From assembly GCA_016748015.1 (NCBI GenBank), contig JAAOMT010000057.1:266763-330762 (forward strand): a stretch of DNA of 64,000 nucleotides, written 5' to 3'. The position numbers and the translations under genes are program-made. This document shows positions 51,601 through 64,000 of the stretch, piece by piece. The stretch's first letter is position 1; each line of letters starts with the position of its first letter. The notes beneath the pieces are model-generated. The model saw only the letters and a program-made list of their open reading frames with translations. It made no database searches and was not told the origin of the DNA. Source of the DNA: Geosiphon pyriformis uo1. Lineage: Eukaryota; Fungi; Glomeromycota.

Positions 51601-53944
51601 TAAAAACTTTAAAAAATATGAAAAAAATTATATTTATATAAAAAAATGCAAATACAACAAGTTATACGAAAAAAAGCAATAGTTACACGAAATAAAACTA
51701 GTTAAATTACATTAAAATTCCAAAACAAATTATTTATTATTTAGATTGTATATTTGTTTTAAATTTTTTTATAATTAATAATAAAACTATATTAATAAAA
51801 TATTTTTTAATTAATTAATTATATATTATATTTGTGTAACCATTTTAAGATATAACATTTTATGTAATACAAGTATTATATAATTTTATCATATAAAATT
51901 ATTTTATATTATTTGTTTTGTATTACATATATAAATTAGAAGTCATAAAATTTTTTAAGATAATTCTTAAAACAAAATATTTTATTTAAATTATTTTTTA
52001 AAAAAATAGCTTATAAAAATAAAATTAAAAAAAAACAATAAAATTTTATTTTTATTTATAATTATAAAAATATTGTATAATAATACATATTTAATGTAAA
52101 ATAATTAAAATATAATTTTAATAAATTATTTAATTATATATTTTTTTTATAAAATTAACAATAATATAAAATTTAATATAATAAATAAAATATAAAATAA
52201 GTAAATTATTATAATCATAAATTATATATTCTTAATATATAATTAATTATTTAATAAATAATTATTTATTTTTAAATTATTTAATGTTTTTTTACCAAAA
52301 TAGGGTTTAAAATTTTATTTATTATAGATATACTTTTATATATTATTTTTTTGTTATTTTTTTACAAAACATAATATTTTTTTCTATTGTAATTTATATA
52401 TTATACAATTTTTTATAACTAATTACAATTTAAAATTAATTTAAAATTATAAATATTATTAATATTAAAATAGATATTTTTTATTTTTAAATTAATTGCA
52501 AAAAATTACTACTCTAAAAATATGTTTAATTAAAATTTTTAAAAAAGTAAAACATATTTTTATATTTATAACCAAATTTATTTGAACAGTTACAAAAAAA
52601 GTAATTAAGTTTATTAAAAATTTATTATGCAAATTATAATAGCAAAAATAAAAGCAAAAACAAATATTATAAAAAATTTATAAATTAAAAAGAATAAAAA
52701 AAGAATTAATTTAAACAGTAATTTTCAAAAAAATCTAAAATACAAATTTTATATAATATTGTTTTTAATAATTAATCTTAAACTAATAAATTTATATAAA
52801 AATTAAAATACATTTTTATTAAAACCCAATTTGATTTTTTAAAGTTTTAGTAAGCATCAAAGTAAAAACTAATTATTTAAAAAGTTTTGACAATTAATAA
52901 TAGGTTTTTAAGCATTATTAAAACCATTAATATTATTAAAAAACAAAAAATTGCTTTAATTTTTAATTTATTAATATAATTTTTAAAATTAAGTAACTTA
53001 ATAAATTAATTAATTAAAGTTAAAAATATAACTTGTTTTGTCTTTAAAACTAGTAAAAATTAACCAAATTTAATATATCAAACAATTAAATTATATACTA
53101 ATTAAAACTAGTTTTAACAAACATATTGTTATTATTATTATTATTTAAATAAAAAAAAGGCTATTTTTTACAGCCAAATTAATATTGGATACTATAATTA
53201 ATACGATTATAACAGAGTTAATAATGAAAATACCAAAAAAATCAAAAAAATCAATAGTTTATTTTAAATAAAAAAATTATAACTTAAAAAATGCAAAAAA
53301 AATACGTTTTCAAATATTTAAAAAAGATTGAATAAATTAGTTTTAAAAGAAAAAAAATGTTTTTTTGGCTTTTTTGATTATTTAAGCAATAATAAAAAAA
53401 ATTTTACTATTGGTTTTTTGTTAAAAAATTTTGGATTTTTTATAGTAATAACAACTATATTAAAACTGGTTTTAGTTAATTGTTTAAAAACTTTAGATGA
53501 AAAAAGACTTTTTATTTAAAGTTTTAAACAGTGTTTTTTTATAATTAAAAGCTGTTTTATGTTTTTATTATTTGTAAAAAGTGCTTTACTTAAATACAAT
53601 TTAATTGTCTGTACTTTTAAGAAAAATTTTTAAGTATTAAAACTATTAAAAACAATAAAAAGAAAAAAGTTTGCTTCTTTATAACTTTTTGCTTTAAATT
53701 TGGTTATGAAATTACAGAAAAAAAGAGTTTTTATTCCAGTTTTTTGTTTTAATATATTTAATTATAAAAACTGTTTAATCTGGTTGCATAAGATTATAAA
53801 ATATATTTTTATACTTTAAATTAAAAAGTAAATTTAAATTGCCCAATTTTCAAATTATTTTAACTTTATTAAATAAAATAAAAAAATAAATATGTTTAAA
53901 AATTAATTTTATATATTTAATTATTAATTAATATAATTAAGTAA

Positions 53945-54075
53945 TACAGTCAAACCTCCTTAAATGCAGACCCTCTTTAAGTGCACAGTTATTACTGGTC
54001 CCGTAATGGGGCTTATAGAGAAGTGCACATTATTTTTCGGACCTATCTATATATAATTTCTCCATAAGTGCACAT
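53945..54075 (+). mobile_element. Lone pogo/Tc1-mariner-like transposon end
   Basis: TA followed by CAGTCAAACCTC, internal TGGTCCC, and three AAGTGCACA repeats. No matching opposite end found. Confidence 0.55.
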
Positions 54076-54490
54076 CTCGCGATTACACCAATTAAATATT
54101 GCGAAACTCAATGAAAGTTAAAATATTATAAAACATATTAATACTTATTGTTATTACACAATAATTTTAAAAGAAAATGCTTTAAAAAATCATTGCAACA
54201 ATCGCAGAATTCAAAATTAATCGAGAAGCTATCTTTATTCCCAACTAATCCAGGACTAAATTCGAATAATTGTTATAATTCATGATTCACTTTTCAAATA
54301 TTTGCGTTAAATATTATTTATATTGTAAATGAAACAAGTATAATCCAAGGCTTTTCTAGAAACAGCTTTATTGATGATGTGATTAGCTGTTTGAATAACA
54401 ATTACTTGGGAAAATATACGATATTAAAAAGTTAAATTATACTAAAAAATGATATAGATTACAAGGGATTAATTTTTGATATAAACTCGT

Positions 54491-56574
54491 TCAGCTGGAA
54501 CCATGATCTCTTTGCCTAGCTCTCTGCAGTTCAGCTGCGGATGGAGCTAATTCCAATTTATCGAATCTTCCTTCGTCAAAGAAACGCGCGGTGACTGCAC
54601 GACCTCCGAAATAACGGCCATGGAGGTCCATTTTAGCTTTGGTAGCCGCCTTTTGTTCAACGAATTTGACGAAAATCCGTACAGCCTCATCATCCGGAAG
54701 CTTTCCATGAGGAACCTTAATAGTTGAGTGGTTAAGTTATTTATTATTTCCAGAGGGATATTTATTTAAAACATAATTTACCTCAAATATAAGACAACGT
54801 TCAACTGTTCCATATTTTTCATTACATTCATCCGCTGTTTCTTCTTGGAGAGTATCATCAACCTCACCTGGACCAACCTGAATAGGAAATAATGATCAGA
54901 TCTCAATTAAAAATTACTAAATAGCGAAAGAAAACCAAAAATCAGATTACCATGTTTGTCAATAATATAACACGTGAAAGTTCTTCATTAGATAGCAGAC
55001 TTTTTGGAGCACTCTCCGCATTTGGCAATGTAGTGGAATTTGTCTTATCGTTTTTACCTGATATACACGACGGGAAATTTTAATAAAAATTAATATACAA
55101 ACATAAGAGATATGACTAGAAATTTACCTTCTCCGACAAGCGAGCTGGGTGAAGCGTTGATTATAATGCCCGAACGATGGTCCGTTTTTTGAACGATTAA
55201 TGAATGGCTAATACCTTGCTCCGACTTTCCGAGTCCTTGAGCAAGTTAGATGACAAAATTCAGTAGAAATTATTGAACTTTGATTAAGAAATGATTTCAA
55301 AACGGAGACACACCTTGACCTTCTTGCCATCCATATTTGGCAAGCATTCGATGTGCAAAATCTTCGGACCCCAAACCCGGTGTCGATTTGGGTTCAGGGG
55401 ATCTTTAAAAGATTTCATGAAATGAGATAGAATTTAGAGTAATTTATAAACAGGAATAATTTATTTTCAAATTTATATACTTTTTTGGAGATAATGCTTC
55501 GTTTGCCATGGGCTTATTACTTAAAAGAGCTCTACGCAAAAATGCTTCTTCACCGGAAATATCAAGTTCAATGTTCGCAGGCGGTGGACGCTCTATCTGT
55601 ATTTCATCTTGAATCTCACTTGTTTTTGAAGAAGCTGGTGATTCAGATGAATATATATTTGGAGGAGGGAAATAGCCTTTTTCGACGCCGAGTTAAGTAT
55701 GAAGTTAATGTAAATTTTTTTCAACGAATAGTTGAAATCGAAAGAGCTACTTACGAGGGGAAGTGCGTTTTTCGTCGGCAGGGCTTGGAGAACGCTGTCG
55801 TTTCCTTTCTTCAATACGTCTATAAACTTCATCTTCACGACGCCGTTTTTCGAGCTCTTTATACTCCTCATAATCATTGGGTTTTGTAGGGTCATAATCA
55901 TCCTCTAATAAAAGAGGTGCTTGCCTGATTCCCTTGAGATTTTTCTTGGGCTATAAGTAATTCAGATTAAATCGGAACTTAATAATGTGGAGATAGTATT
56001 AATAATATAAATTTCAAGTCACCCACTTTATCAAATGAATTTTTCTGAGGACGTTGGTTGTTACGTCCCCCTTTATCCTCGTTTAAGTCATCAAATGAAG
56101 AGCCTTGGGGTTTTTTAGGTGAAGATCGCGCAACTAGGGGTGTGGCTGTAGAGCGACTCTCACCAGCTACAATTGCAGGAGGTGAGGAAGAAATTGCTGC
56201 AACTCGCGTGGTAAGTTTTGGTTTCGCTTGCACTGTCGGTTTGCGCTGTATTGTGGGCATAAAACGCAAAGACGCTGAAGCCCAACCCGCTTAAAAGGTT
56301 CCAGGCCCCAAGAAGCGTTTCGTTGAAGCGAAATTTTATTAGGTCAGTGACTTTCTATGTGACTGCTCGAGTTTTTTGCAAACTTTCACAACATCTTAAA
56401 TTAGTGACTTCTGCCGGTTTTCCTGGGTTTTCCGGATCTGCTTGTACCTGGAAGTGCAGATTTGGTTGAGACTTTTGAGGAGGTTTGCTGAGCCTCCAAC
56501 AAAAGCTCCTTATTTTCTTCTTGTTCGAGAGGTCCGGTTTGAGTAGGAGGCGGCAAATCACCATAAAGAGACAT
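54491..56574 (-). CDS. SPF45: Splicing factor 45 (SPF45/RBM17/DRT111-like; G-patch plus UHM/RRM), 9 exons, ~468 aa
   Basis: Exons 56574-56448, 56289-56027, 55950-55755, 55676-55481, 55402-55314, 55235-55128, 55057-54951, 54877-54782, 54715-54491. All introns are GT-AG with consistent phases (1407 nt). Motifs: MSLYGDLPPP, DDYDPTKPNDYEEY, SGEEAFLRR, G-patch FAHRMLAKYGWQEGQGLGKSEQGI, UHM RVILLTNMVGPGEVD...VRIFVKF...LHGRYFGGRAV. Confidence 0.95.
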
Positions 56575-58170
56575 TCTTTGGTGTTAATTAAAGAATTGGA
56601 ATTTTTGAACGGTTTGTAACAAAAAGAAATCTGGTAGATTTATTAATGGTGCAAAAAAAACAACATATTTATATAGAAAGTAGCCTTACAAGAACTCGGG
56701 AAAACTTTACTCAGTTTTTGGGGTAACAATTTTATTTTTTCAATAAGTTCTTAAGTCTGTGTTTGTCAGTTAACTCAAATTGGAATAGACGAAATTTTAT
56801 TAATTTCAAATTGTTAGAATTTAAAAGTAAATAGGGGGCACGCGAAATAATTTAAATTTAGGAGTTTTATAATTTATTTAATTATTGTTTATATAATACA
56901 AATATTATTTTATAAATCTTATATATTATAATTAAAGTAAAAAAAACAAGTATTATTTATGAAAAAACAACAATAAAAAAAGGTTTCTTAAATATTACAA
57001 CTTTTTGGTTATTGGTTTTTTTTTATATAATACATTAAAAACAACATAATATTGTATTATTAAAAAACTTTTAATATTAAGCTTATTGCAAATCTTTTGT
57101 TTTATTTGGCATTTTTAATTTTAATAATTAATTTTATTAACATTATTTAAATAGTAAAAATAATTATTTTTACTAATAATAACAACAAAAATTAATTATT
57201 TAATATATTTAAAATAATAGTTTTTATTATGTATATATATTTTTATTCAGTTTAATATACAAAGTCCAATTATTATATATTACAATATAATTATATTTTA
57301 ATTGGTTTTTTTATTAATTTTATTTTAATTTGAATAATAATAACATATTTAATTGTTTTTAACCAATTATTATTTATTAAAAAAACAAAATAAATTATAT
57401 TTAACACATATTATTTTTAAATTAATAAACAATATTATTTAATCTAAAAAATTAAACAAATAAAAAATACTTTATTTTGGTATTAATATATTTTTAATAA
57501 TAATATTAATAATTAAAAAATAATTATTAATTATTAAAAAAAATTATTTTTATTTTGGTGTTTTATTAAGAATTAAATTAAATTTTTTAAAAACTATGTT
57601 TTAATTATTATTTAATTTTGTTAATTTTAAAAATAAATTTTAAATATTTTGTATAAATTTATTTTTTAAATATAATTATTAATATTAAACTTGTAAATTA
57701 ATTATTTTTATTATATTTAAAATTATTAAATCTGGTTTTATTTTTATTGTATTTTATTATATTTTTATCAAATAAAAAATATTTTAAAATATTTAATAAA
57801 ATTGTTGCTGTTAAATTAAAAGTAATTAATTTGTAATAATATATTATTTTAAAAATTTAGATAATTTATATTTACAAATTAATTTTTATAAATAAAAATT
57901 TTTTGGTTATAAAGTTTTTAAAATTAATAATATAATTAATTAATTAAAAATTAACCATATTTTATTTTTTAAAAACATTATATTATTTTAAATTATATAT
58001 TTAGTTTGATTTTATATGTTTAATTTATTAAATTAACTTGTTATATTGTTTTATAATTTTTATTATATTGTTTAATAAAAAATAAAAAATTTAATTTATT
58101 AAAATATAAATTTTAATAATTATAAAACAAATTATTAATAAACTTTTTTTTTTATATTTATGTTTATATA

Positions 58171-59709
58171 TTTTTTTTTATTGCTTAACGAGTGAGGTCC
58201 AAACACTACCTAGTACCATACATCAAGGAATTGATCTAAACTAGGCATGAATCATGTACTTTCTACACGTGACCAGCCACTCGGGCTGATCAGAACAACA
58301 CTATGCAGCTATATGAACTGACACTGATTCACCTATACCTGAAAAGAACAAGCAAGACTTGTGAAAACCAAAATGAATACCTAAAGCATTAGTGATGCCA
58401 AGTAACCTAACCACTTCTACAGAGAACCTCGAAGCCAAACCATGGACCGAAATGATGGCCGAACTATCTAGCGGGATCAGTCCATTCTTCTCCATATATG
58501 CACGATGTTTAGCATGAACTGATCAGACATCTTCCCTAAAAGCAAGACCAAGAGAGCACACAAACTTGACAATCTCCAAAACAGCAATCTTGGGGTTGTA
58601 AAAGATGGAAACAGCTTCGCAAAACCACCTATTAAAAACAAAGTCCTTAAAAAGAGCCATGAACACAAAGGAATCAGAAACACCAGATGATAACAGCTGT
58701 AATATACCCGAGAAAGAATGAAAGAAACCAGAAAGCGCCTTCCAGGATCCTACATGAGAATCCAACAACTGATGTTGAACAGACTCGTCAACTTTGCAAG
58801 AGAACACATGATTTGACACCTCTACCTTACCACAATACAAGCACAACATGCTAGAATAACATCTATTATAGAGGTGCTTTCGAACAGCAACTGGCAGCTG
58901 ATGGTGTAAAGACTTTATAAAGTAAGTATGCACACTGGACGAAGACCTGCTGGTAAAATCTGCAGCCATGTACAAATCAGAATGCCATACCAATGATGAG
59001 CAAAGCCAATCAATCTCAGAAGACAAGCTGCCCACCAAAACCCCAGAACCAGAACCAACCTCCCATTGTGCACGACAAATAGAATGATAAATATCACAAA
59101 CAAAATGTCTCAAATTTCCAGAAACAATACCAACATCAGCTGACAAGAAGTGCTCACTCAAGCGAGGGGGAAGATACCAATTGGAGAGAGAAGCGGCACC
59201 AGCGATTGTGTTAGCACGCTCATTTCCTGAAACACCAGGATAACCTTTTAGCTTGTGAAAGCTAACCCTCAACTTCTTACTGTGAATCACGTTGACAATA
59301 TGACAACATTTGACCCAATACTGATTACGATAATTGGGATACACCAGACCCAACTCTGACCTGCAAGCATCCAAAGCTGATTGACTATCTGAAAACAAAC
59401 AAACAGAGCTTAATGAGGGAACACACTCCAGAGCCAAGGCAATAGTCTGCAATTCCACCAAAGTAGATGACATCAAATCTGACACACTAACGCCCAAACC
59501 CAAACCAATGTCCTTAAAAAAAATGGCAGCGCCAGCTCTACAGCCAACCATGCCAAGATTACTAAGGGACCTATCTGTATATACTGACAGGCTGCTAGCA
59601 CTGGTTGCCAAGAGACGATCACAAACAGACACAAATTCACCAGACTTAAAAATGTTCGAAGGACCACCATCACCCAAAACTAAAGACTGAGTGTAAGAAG
59701 ATCCCATAC
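58171..59709 (-). mobile_element. 5'-truncated LINE (copy 7): RNase H, CCHC, 3'UTR, poly(A)
   Basis: VYTDRSL, VELQTIALALE, FSDSQSALDA, GNERANTIA, CLYCGKVEVSNHVFSC. Stop 58301-58303. Best-preserved 3'UTR in the window. Confidence 0.93.
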
Positions 59710-60064
59710 TTTTATATTTAAAATAAATTAAAAAAGTTATAAGTATTATAATATCTAAAATTATTAATATTTTTATTAAAAATATATTTACAGTTATAAA
59801 AACTGTTTAATAATATTTTATAAAAGTATTTTTCTTAAATAATTTTATAATAAGCCAAAAAAAAATGTAAAATAATTAACAATATTAAAATATTTTGTAT
59901 TATAAAAGATATATATATATAACAGTAATAATAATAATTTATTAATTTAAAACTTAATTTAAAAATTAATTATTAAATAAAAACTTCATAATTTTTATTT
60001 ATTATTTTTGATTTATATATTTTATTTATAGTATTTTCTAAACAACAGATATTAAAAACATAAT

Positions 60065-60345
60065 TTAAAACAATATAATATCTTTAATTATAAATACAAA
60101 AAATATTAAAAAATATTAAAAAATAATTAATCAATAATATAATATAATTTTTAATAGTTTAATCTAAACATATTTATAAACTTTGAACTAAATCCAAACT
60201 GAACTTGTTGTTTGAATTTGAGTTTAATTTAGGTTTAGTAATTTTAAGTTTGATTTAAGTTAAGTTTAAAATCTAGTTAAAATCTTAATTTGATTTAATA
60301 ATTTAATTAAATTTAGACCAAATTAAACCAAATATTAAAATTTTA
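60065..60345 (-). repeat. Dispersed AT-rich repeat, copy B (inverted homolog of 24929-25200)
   Basis: The reverse complement reads taaaattttaatatttggtttaatttggtctaaatttaattaaat...aacaacaag...tattaaaaattatattatattatt. Confidence 0.7.
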
Positions 60346-60994
60346 TTTTTATTGTAAAAACAATTAAACAAAATATTTTAAAAATTATTTTCTTAAATAT
60401 TAATAAAAAACTGTTTTTAATAAATTTAAAGTGTTTTTTATCTTTGGTTAATGGTTTTTTTTCAGTTAAAATTTTTTCTAAAAAACACACAAAATTAGTT
60501 TTAGTATTGTTTTTATTTTCTTAAAGAATTTTTAAGTTTTTAATAATAAGCCAATTAACAAATTGGTTTTTTATTTTTATTTTTATTACTATTATTACTA
60601 CTTTATAATAACCAAAAAAACCAAAAATTTTAAAAACAATAATAGTTACTTATCAAATTTTTTTATAATTTCAAATAAAATTTTGGAAAAAATTTTTATA
60701 ATAATAATTAATCTTTTTTTTAATATAAACAATAACAATAATAATACATTTTTTAAGATAAATTAAAATTAATCATTGATTATATTACCAAATATAATGT
60801 TTTTTAATTGTTATTATTAAAGTTTTTATTGGTAATTTATTTTAATTATATTTAAAATTGTAAATTTTTTTGTAATAATTTTTGGTTTTTTTTTCTGTTG
60901 TATTTTATAATATTTTTTTTGATATATTTTTAATAATATTAAAAATATTTTTAGTTTTTGGTATTATTATTTTAATTAAGTTAAAATTTACTGA

Positions 60995-63312
60995 TTTTTT
61001 TTTTATTAAAGTTTAATGAGTGAGACCCAAAAGCCATCTAGAATAATACATCAAACTAAGTGATCTAAACTAGATGCTAATCATGCATTTTTTACATGTG
61101 ACCAGTTACTTAAACCAGTCAAGAACATACTACACTGATGCTACAGAAGAAAACTTATCCAAAGATGATATTTTTTGAATGACAGAAAACAAAATTGCAC
61201 TGCAAGAAACCAAACCAATTAGCTATTTGGCAGTTTTAAAGGGATTAGTTTTAACATTAACAGACTTATGCTCCCAAAAGGACATTAAGTTGGAAAACAT
61301 CTCATTATCCATAACAGATAAAAGCTCTGAATCACCAAATATATCAATGTCCTTCATGCAGTATTTCTTTTTCAAAGAAACCATTTCTCTTTCTAACTTA
61401 CCAACAGTTCTACTAAAAGAACTCATATGCACTAAAACCTCATTAATCTTAAGACCAAAAACACTATTTGAAACCAAATTACCATTAATAAACTATTCAA
61501 AAGTTGTAACCAAAGAGCCAATAGGCTTAACAATAGACTCAACCAAAGCAGAAAGCTTAGTTAAATCAGATTCCAAAGAAGACAAATAGAACAGCACCAA
61601 AGGATTACCAACAACAACTGAAGAAGAGACAAGAGATGACAAAAATAGAAATTCAGAGGAGCTCAAGGGAGTAAAAGCCTTAACATAAGACTTAAAACCA
61701 ACAAAGTATGGTATAAACACCTTGGGAAGCTTGGGAAAGGGAGGTGGAGAAACTTTACAGTCCACAGCCAAATGGCTCAGCTCTTGACACTTGAAACAAT
61801 GCTAACAACCAGGAATTTTCTACCAAATATGGCATTTCCTCAGTGTACTAGTTTTGACAATAGCAGAGTCCAAATTAGCTTGAGAACTAAATATAACTAG
61901 AGCAAACTAGAAACAACAACCAGACTCAAGAAAACGAGGAATAAAACATGTCTGATCACCAACTTAAGAAATCATATCACTAATCTCAAAAGCTGTGTAT
62001 TTAGAAAGAAGATTAATCAACTTGGCTTTAAACTTATCACGAGACAAAATAGTCTCATTTTGATTCATCAGAAGAAGAATTCTAACACTATTTTTGTCTA
62101 TCAAAACTGACCAATGATTCAAAACAGACATAACAGAGTCCAACTTCTCAAAATAAACCACCACATATTGCCAAATACTAACAGACTTTAGCACAACATA
62201 AGTAACACTACCAAACACACTGAGAGCTGTCTTAATATCAGCAACAGACACAACCAAGAGCATATTATGCAGCACAACAGCAGTAGAAAAGGAACCAAAC
62301 TCAGAAACTACCAAAGACTTGGCAATTTTGAGAGTGGTCAAATGTACAGAGCTTGTAAGCTCAACCAAAAACACAGCTTCCAAAGACACAGCTTCCAAAG
62401 ACACAGCTTTTAAAAACACTTAAGAAGCAAACTCCATACAAAACAGCTTCACATTGTTCTTTAATACTGACTTTGCACCCAAGAAACCATGTATTGACTG
62501 AAAAACAGCCTTAACATAAGTCAATTTGAACTTAAAAGTAGCACCAGACACCAGAGTAGAGGCCACCCACCCAGCAAATCTTTGATGACTAGTAATAGTT
62601 TTCCAAGCACCATCAGAAGTAGCATCAGAAACTAAAGGAGGAGATGATTTAGTTTTCATTTGATCAGCCCAGTTCTCAAGAACAGGTAACCCAACAAGAA
62701 GAGATTGTTTTGCTTCTAAAACCAGTGATGATCTACTGGAAGACATTACATTTGGCAATACAGCCAATGGTTGATCTAGACTCATCTTGGACAATGTGCT
62801 GGATGATGCTATGGAGATCTTATCTAAGATCTCATTGGGAACCACAAAGAAATTCGGTGTAACAATAGCAAAGACAAGTGACTGCTTCCACTTTTCTGAA
62901 CTTTTGGTCTTTTTGACCATTTTTTTTGAAAATGTGATGCTAGCAGCATCAGGTGTTGAATCTATGGAGGGGAAGACCAGCTTATTTACTGGTCTATTAT
63001 TAAAAACTTTTGGGCACTTAGTTGAGGTGGAGGCAACATTGGGACTAATCCAAGTGTGTCTCTTTAAGAGAACTTTAACTGGTAAAAAACCAGCCAAAGA
63101 TGAAAAAGTTGTTTCAATGGCTACCAAAGACAGCTTATCATAATTACTGGGTAAAGAGAAGGCTTCTAAAACGTTTTGCCTAGTTGCTTCTACAACAGAG
63201 AGAGCTCCTCTGGTTGAAATTTTATTAAATATCTCAGGACAGATATCAAGTATAGCCTTTTTACTCTTTGCTCTAGTTGTGGTTATAAAATTAAAGAGAC
63301 AAAGAGTTTTTT
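60995..63312 (-). mobile_element. ORF1-only non-autonomous LINE derivative (HAL1-like) with the family 3'UTR and poly(A)
   Basis: A divergent ORF1-like frame (RRM-like FGSVTYVVLKSVSIWQYVVVYFE..HWSVLIDKNSVRI; knuckle CFKCQELSHLAVDC ~61757-61798) ends ...SVASV* at 61130-61132 and runs straight into the 3'UTR. No ORF2 sequence. The 5' boundary is approximate. Confidence 0.8.
62371..62419 (-). repeat. 15-bp tandem triplication (encodes VSLEA repeats)
   Basis: acacagcttccaaag twice, followed by acacagcttttaaaa. Confidence 0.8.
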
Positions 63313-63914
63313 GTAATATTTATTTTTACTGATTTATAATAATATATTATTATTATTTTAAAAACTTTTTTTGTTGCTATTGTTTTTAATTATTAATCTG
63401 TTTTAAAAAAAAACAGTATTAAATTTTTTTTTATTTAACTAAAAAGAAATTATTATTTTAAAAAATATTTTTAAAACCAAAATTAGTCAATTTTTTTTTA
63501 ATTATATTGTTTTTAAAATTGGTAATTTAAATTTTTAAGTTAATAATTATATATGTTTTATCTTTTGCTTTTTTAATTTTTATTATTATTAATGCTTTGC
63601 TATTGTAATTTTTGAGTTTTTAAAATTTTTAAATCTTATTGTATTAAAAACTGGTATTTTATGTAATTGTTATATCTAATAAAAACTTTTAAATATTATT
63701 ATTATTTTTTTAGTTTTTTTTAAGTCTGCTAATAGCTTTAAGACTTTTGTTTTATTTTTTATTAATACAAAGTTTTATGTTAAAATTTTTGTTTTTTTTG
63801 TTTTTTTTATTGTTATATTTTTAATTGTTTTTGTTTTTAGGTTTGTAATTAATTTTAGATTAAATTTTTTGAAATTTTTAATTTTTAATTTAACTATTTT
63901 ATTTAAGTCTGTTA

Positions 63915-64000
63915 TTTTTTTTTTATTAATATTTAATGAATGAAGCCCAAATATTACTTAACACAATACATCAAACTAAGTAATCTAAACTAGACATAAA
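63915..64000 (-). mobile_element. 3' tip of another family element (3'UTR plus poly(A)), continues beyond the window
   Basis: T-run, then ttaatgaatgaagcccaaat...acatcaaactaagtaatctaaactag, matching the 61012-61075 3'UTR. Confidence 0.8.

Noticed and set aside
53328-53519. Short K/F/N/I-rich ORFs in AT tracts (also 60563-60766)
   Set aside because: Compositional artefacts with non-ATG starts and no motifs.
56290-56447. Intronic snoRNA in the longer SPF45 intron 1
   Set aside because: No convincing C/D box pair with a terminal stem, and no H/ACA layout.
55485-56564. ORF-track calls 55485-55889, 55593-55901, 56058-56294 and 56355-56564 as separate genes
   Set aside because: They are antisense or off-frame shadows of the spliced SPF45 gene.
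58180-58303. 3' element as a known ribozyme, tRNA or SECIS
   Set aside because: I found no hammerhead CUGAnGA/GAAA core, no HDV, twister or hairpin consensus, and no cloverleaf by eye. It is kept only as an unclassified structure.

Overview
This is eukaryotic fungal-type DNA. It looks like Glomeromycota, possibly Geosiphon pyriformis, but that rests on recalled protein similarity and is unverified. The window is almost entirely decayed retroelements separated by extremely AT-rich tracts. One LINE-type family is present (ORF1: RRM plus zinc knuckle; ORF2: APE endonuclease, RT, RNase H, CCHC). It has 4 near-full-length copies (2132-8930 -, 10441-17242 +, ~17315-24209 +, 31908-48782 +), 3 partial 3' copies, a 3'-end stub at the window edge and a nearly erased 'ghost' copy. 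A separate ORF1-only (HAL1-like) element carries the same 3' end but lacks ORF2. A complete dUTPase-carrying Ty3/gypsy LTR element (33908-44033) is nested in the fourth LINE. There are also DNA-transposon remnants and one intact 9-exon host gene, SPF45/RBM17, in a CpG-rich island. All TE ORFs are pseudogenised, mostly by C>T/G>A transitions. The most interesting signals are: (1) a conserved, covarying structured ~120-nt 3' RNA element shared by all LINE subtypes and the ORF1-only element; (2) that ORF1-only element itself; (3) transition hypermutation not limited to CpG, which turns TEs into AT deserts; (4) ORF1/ORF2 module swapping around a conserved ATGA stop-start; (5) a gypsy pol with Cys-rich and dUTPase inserts plus an extra 3' ORF.
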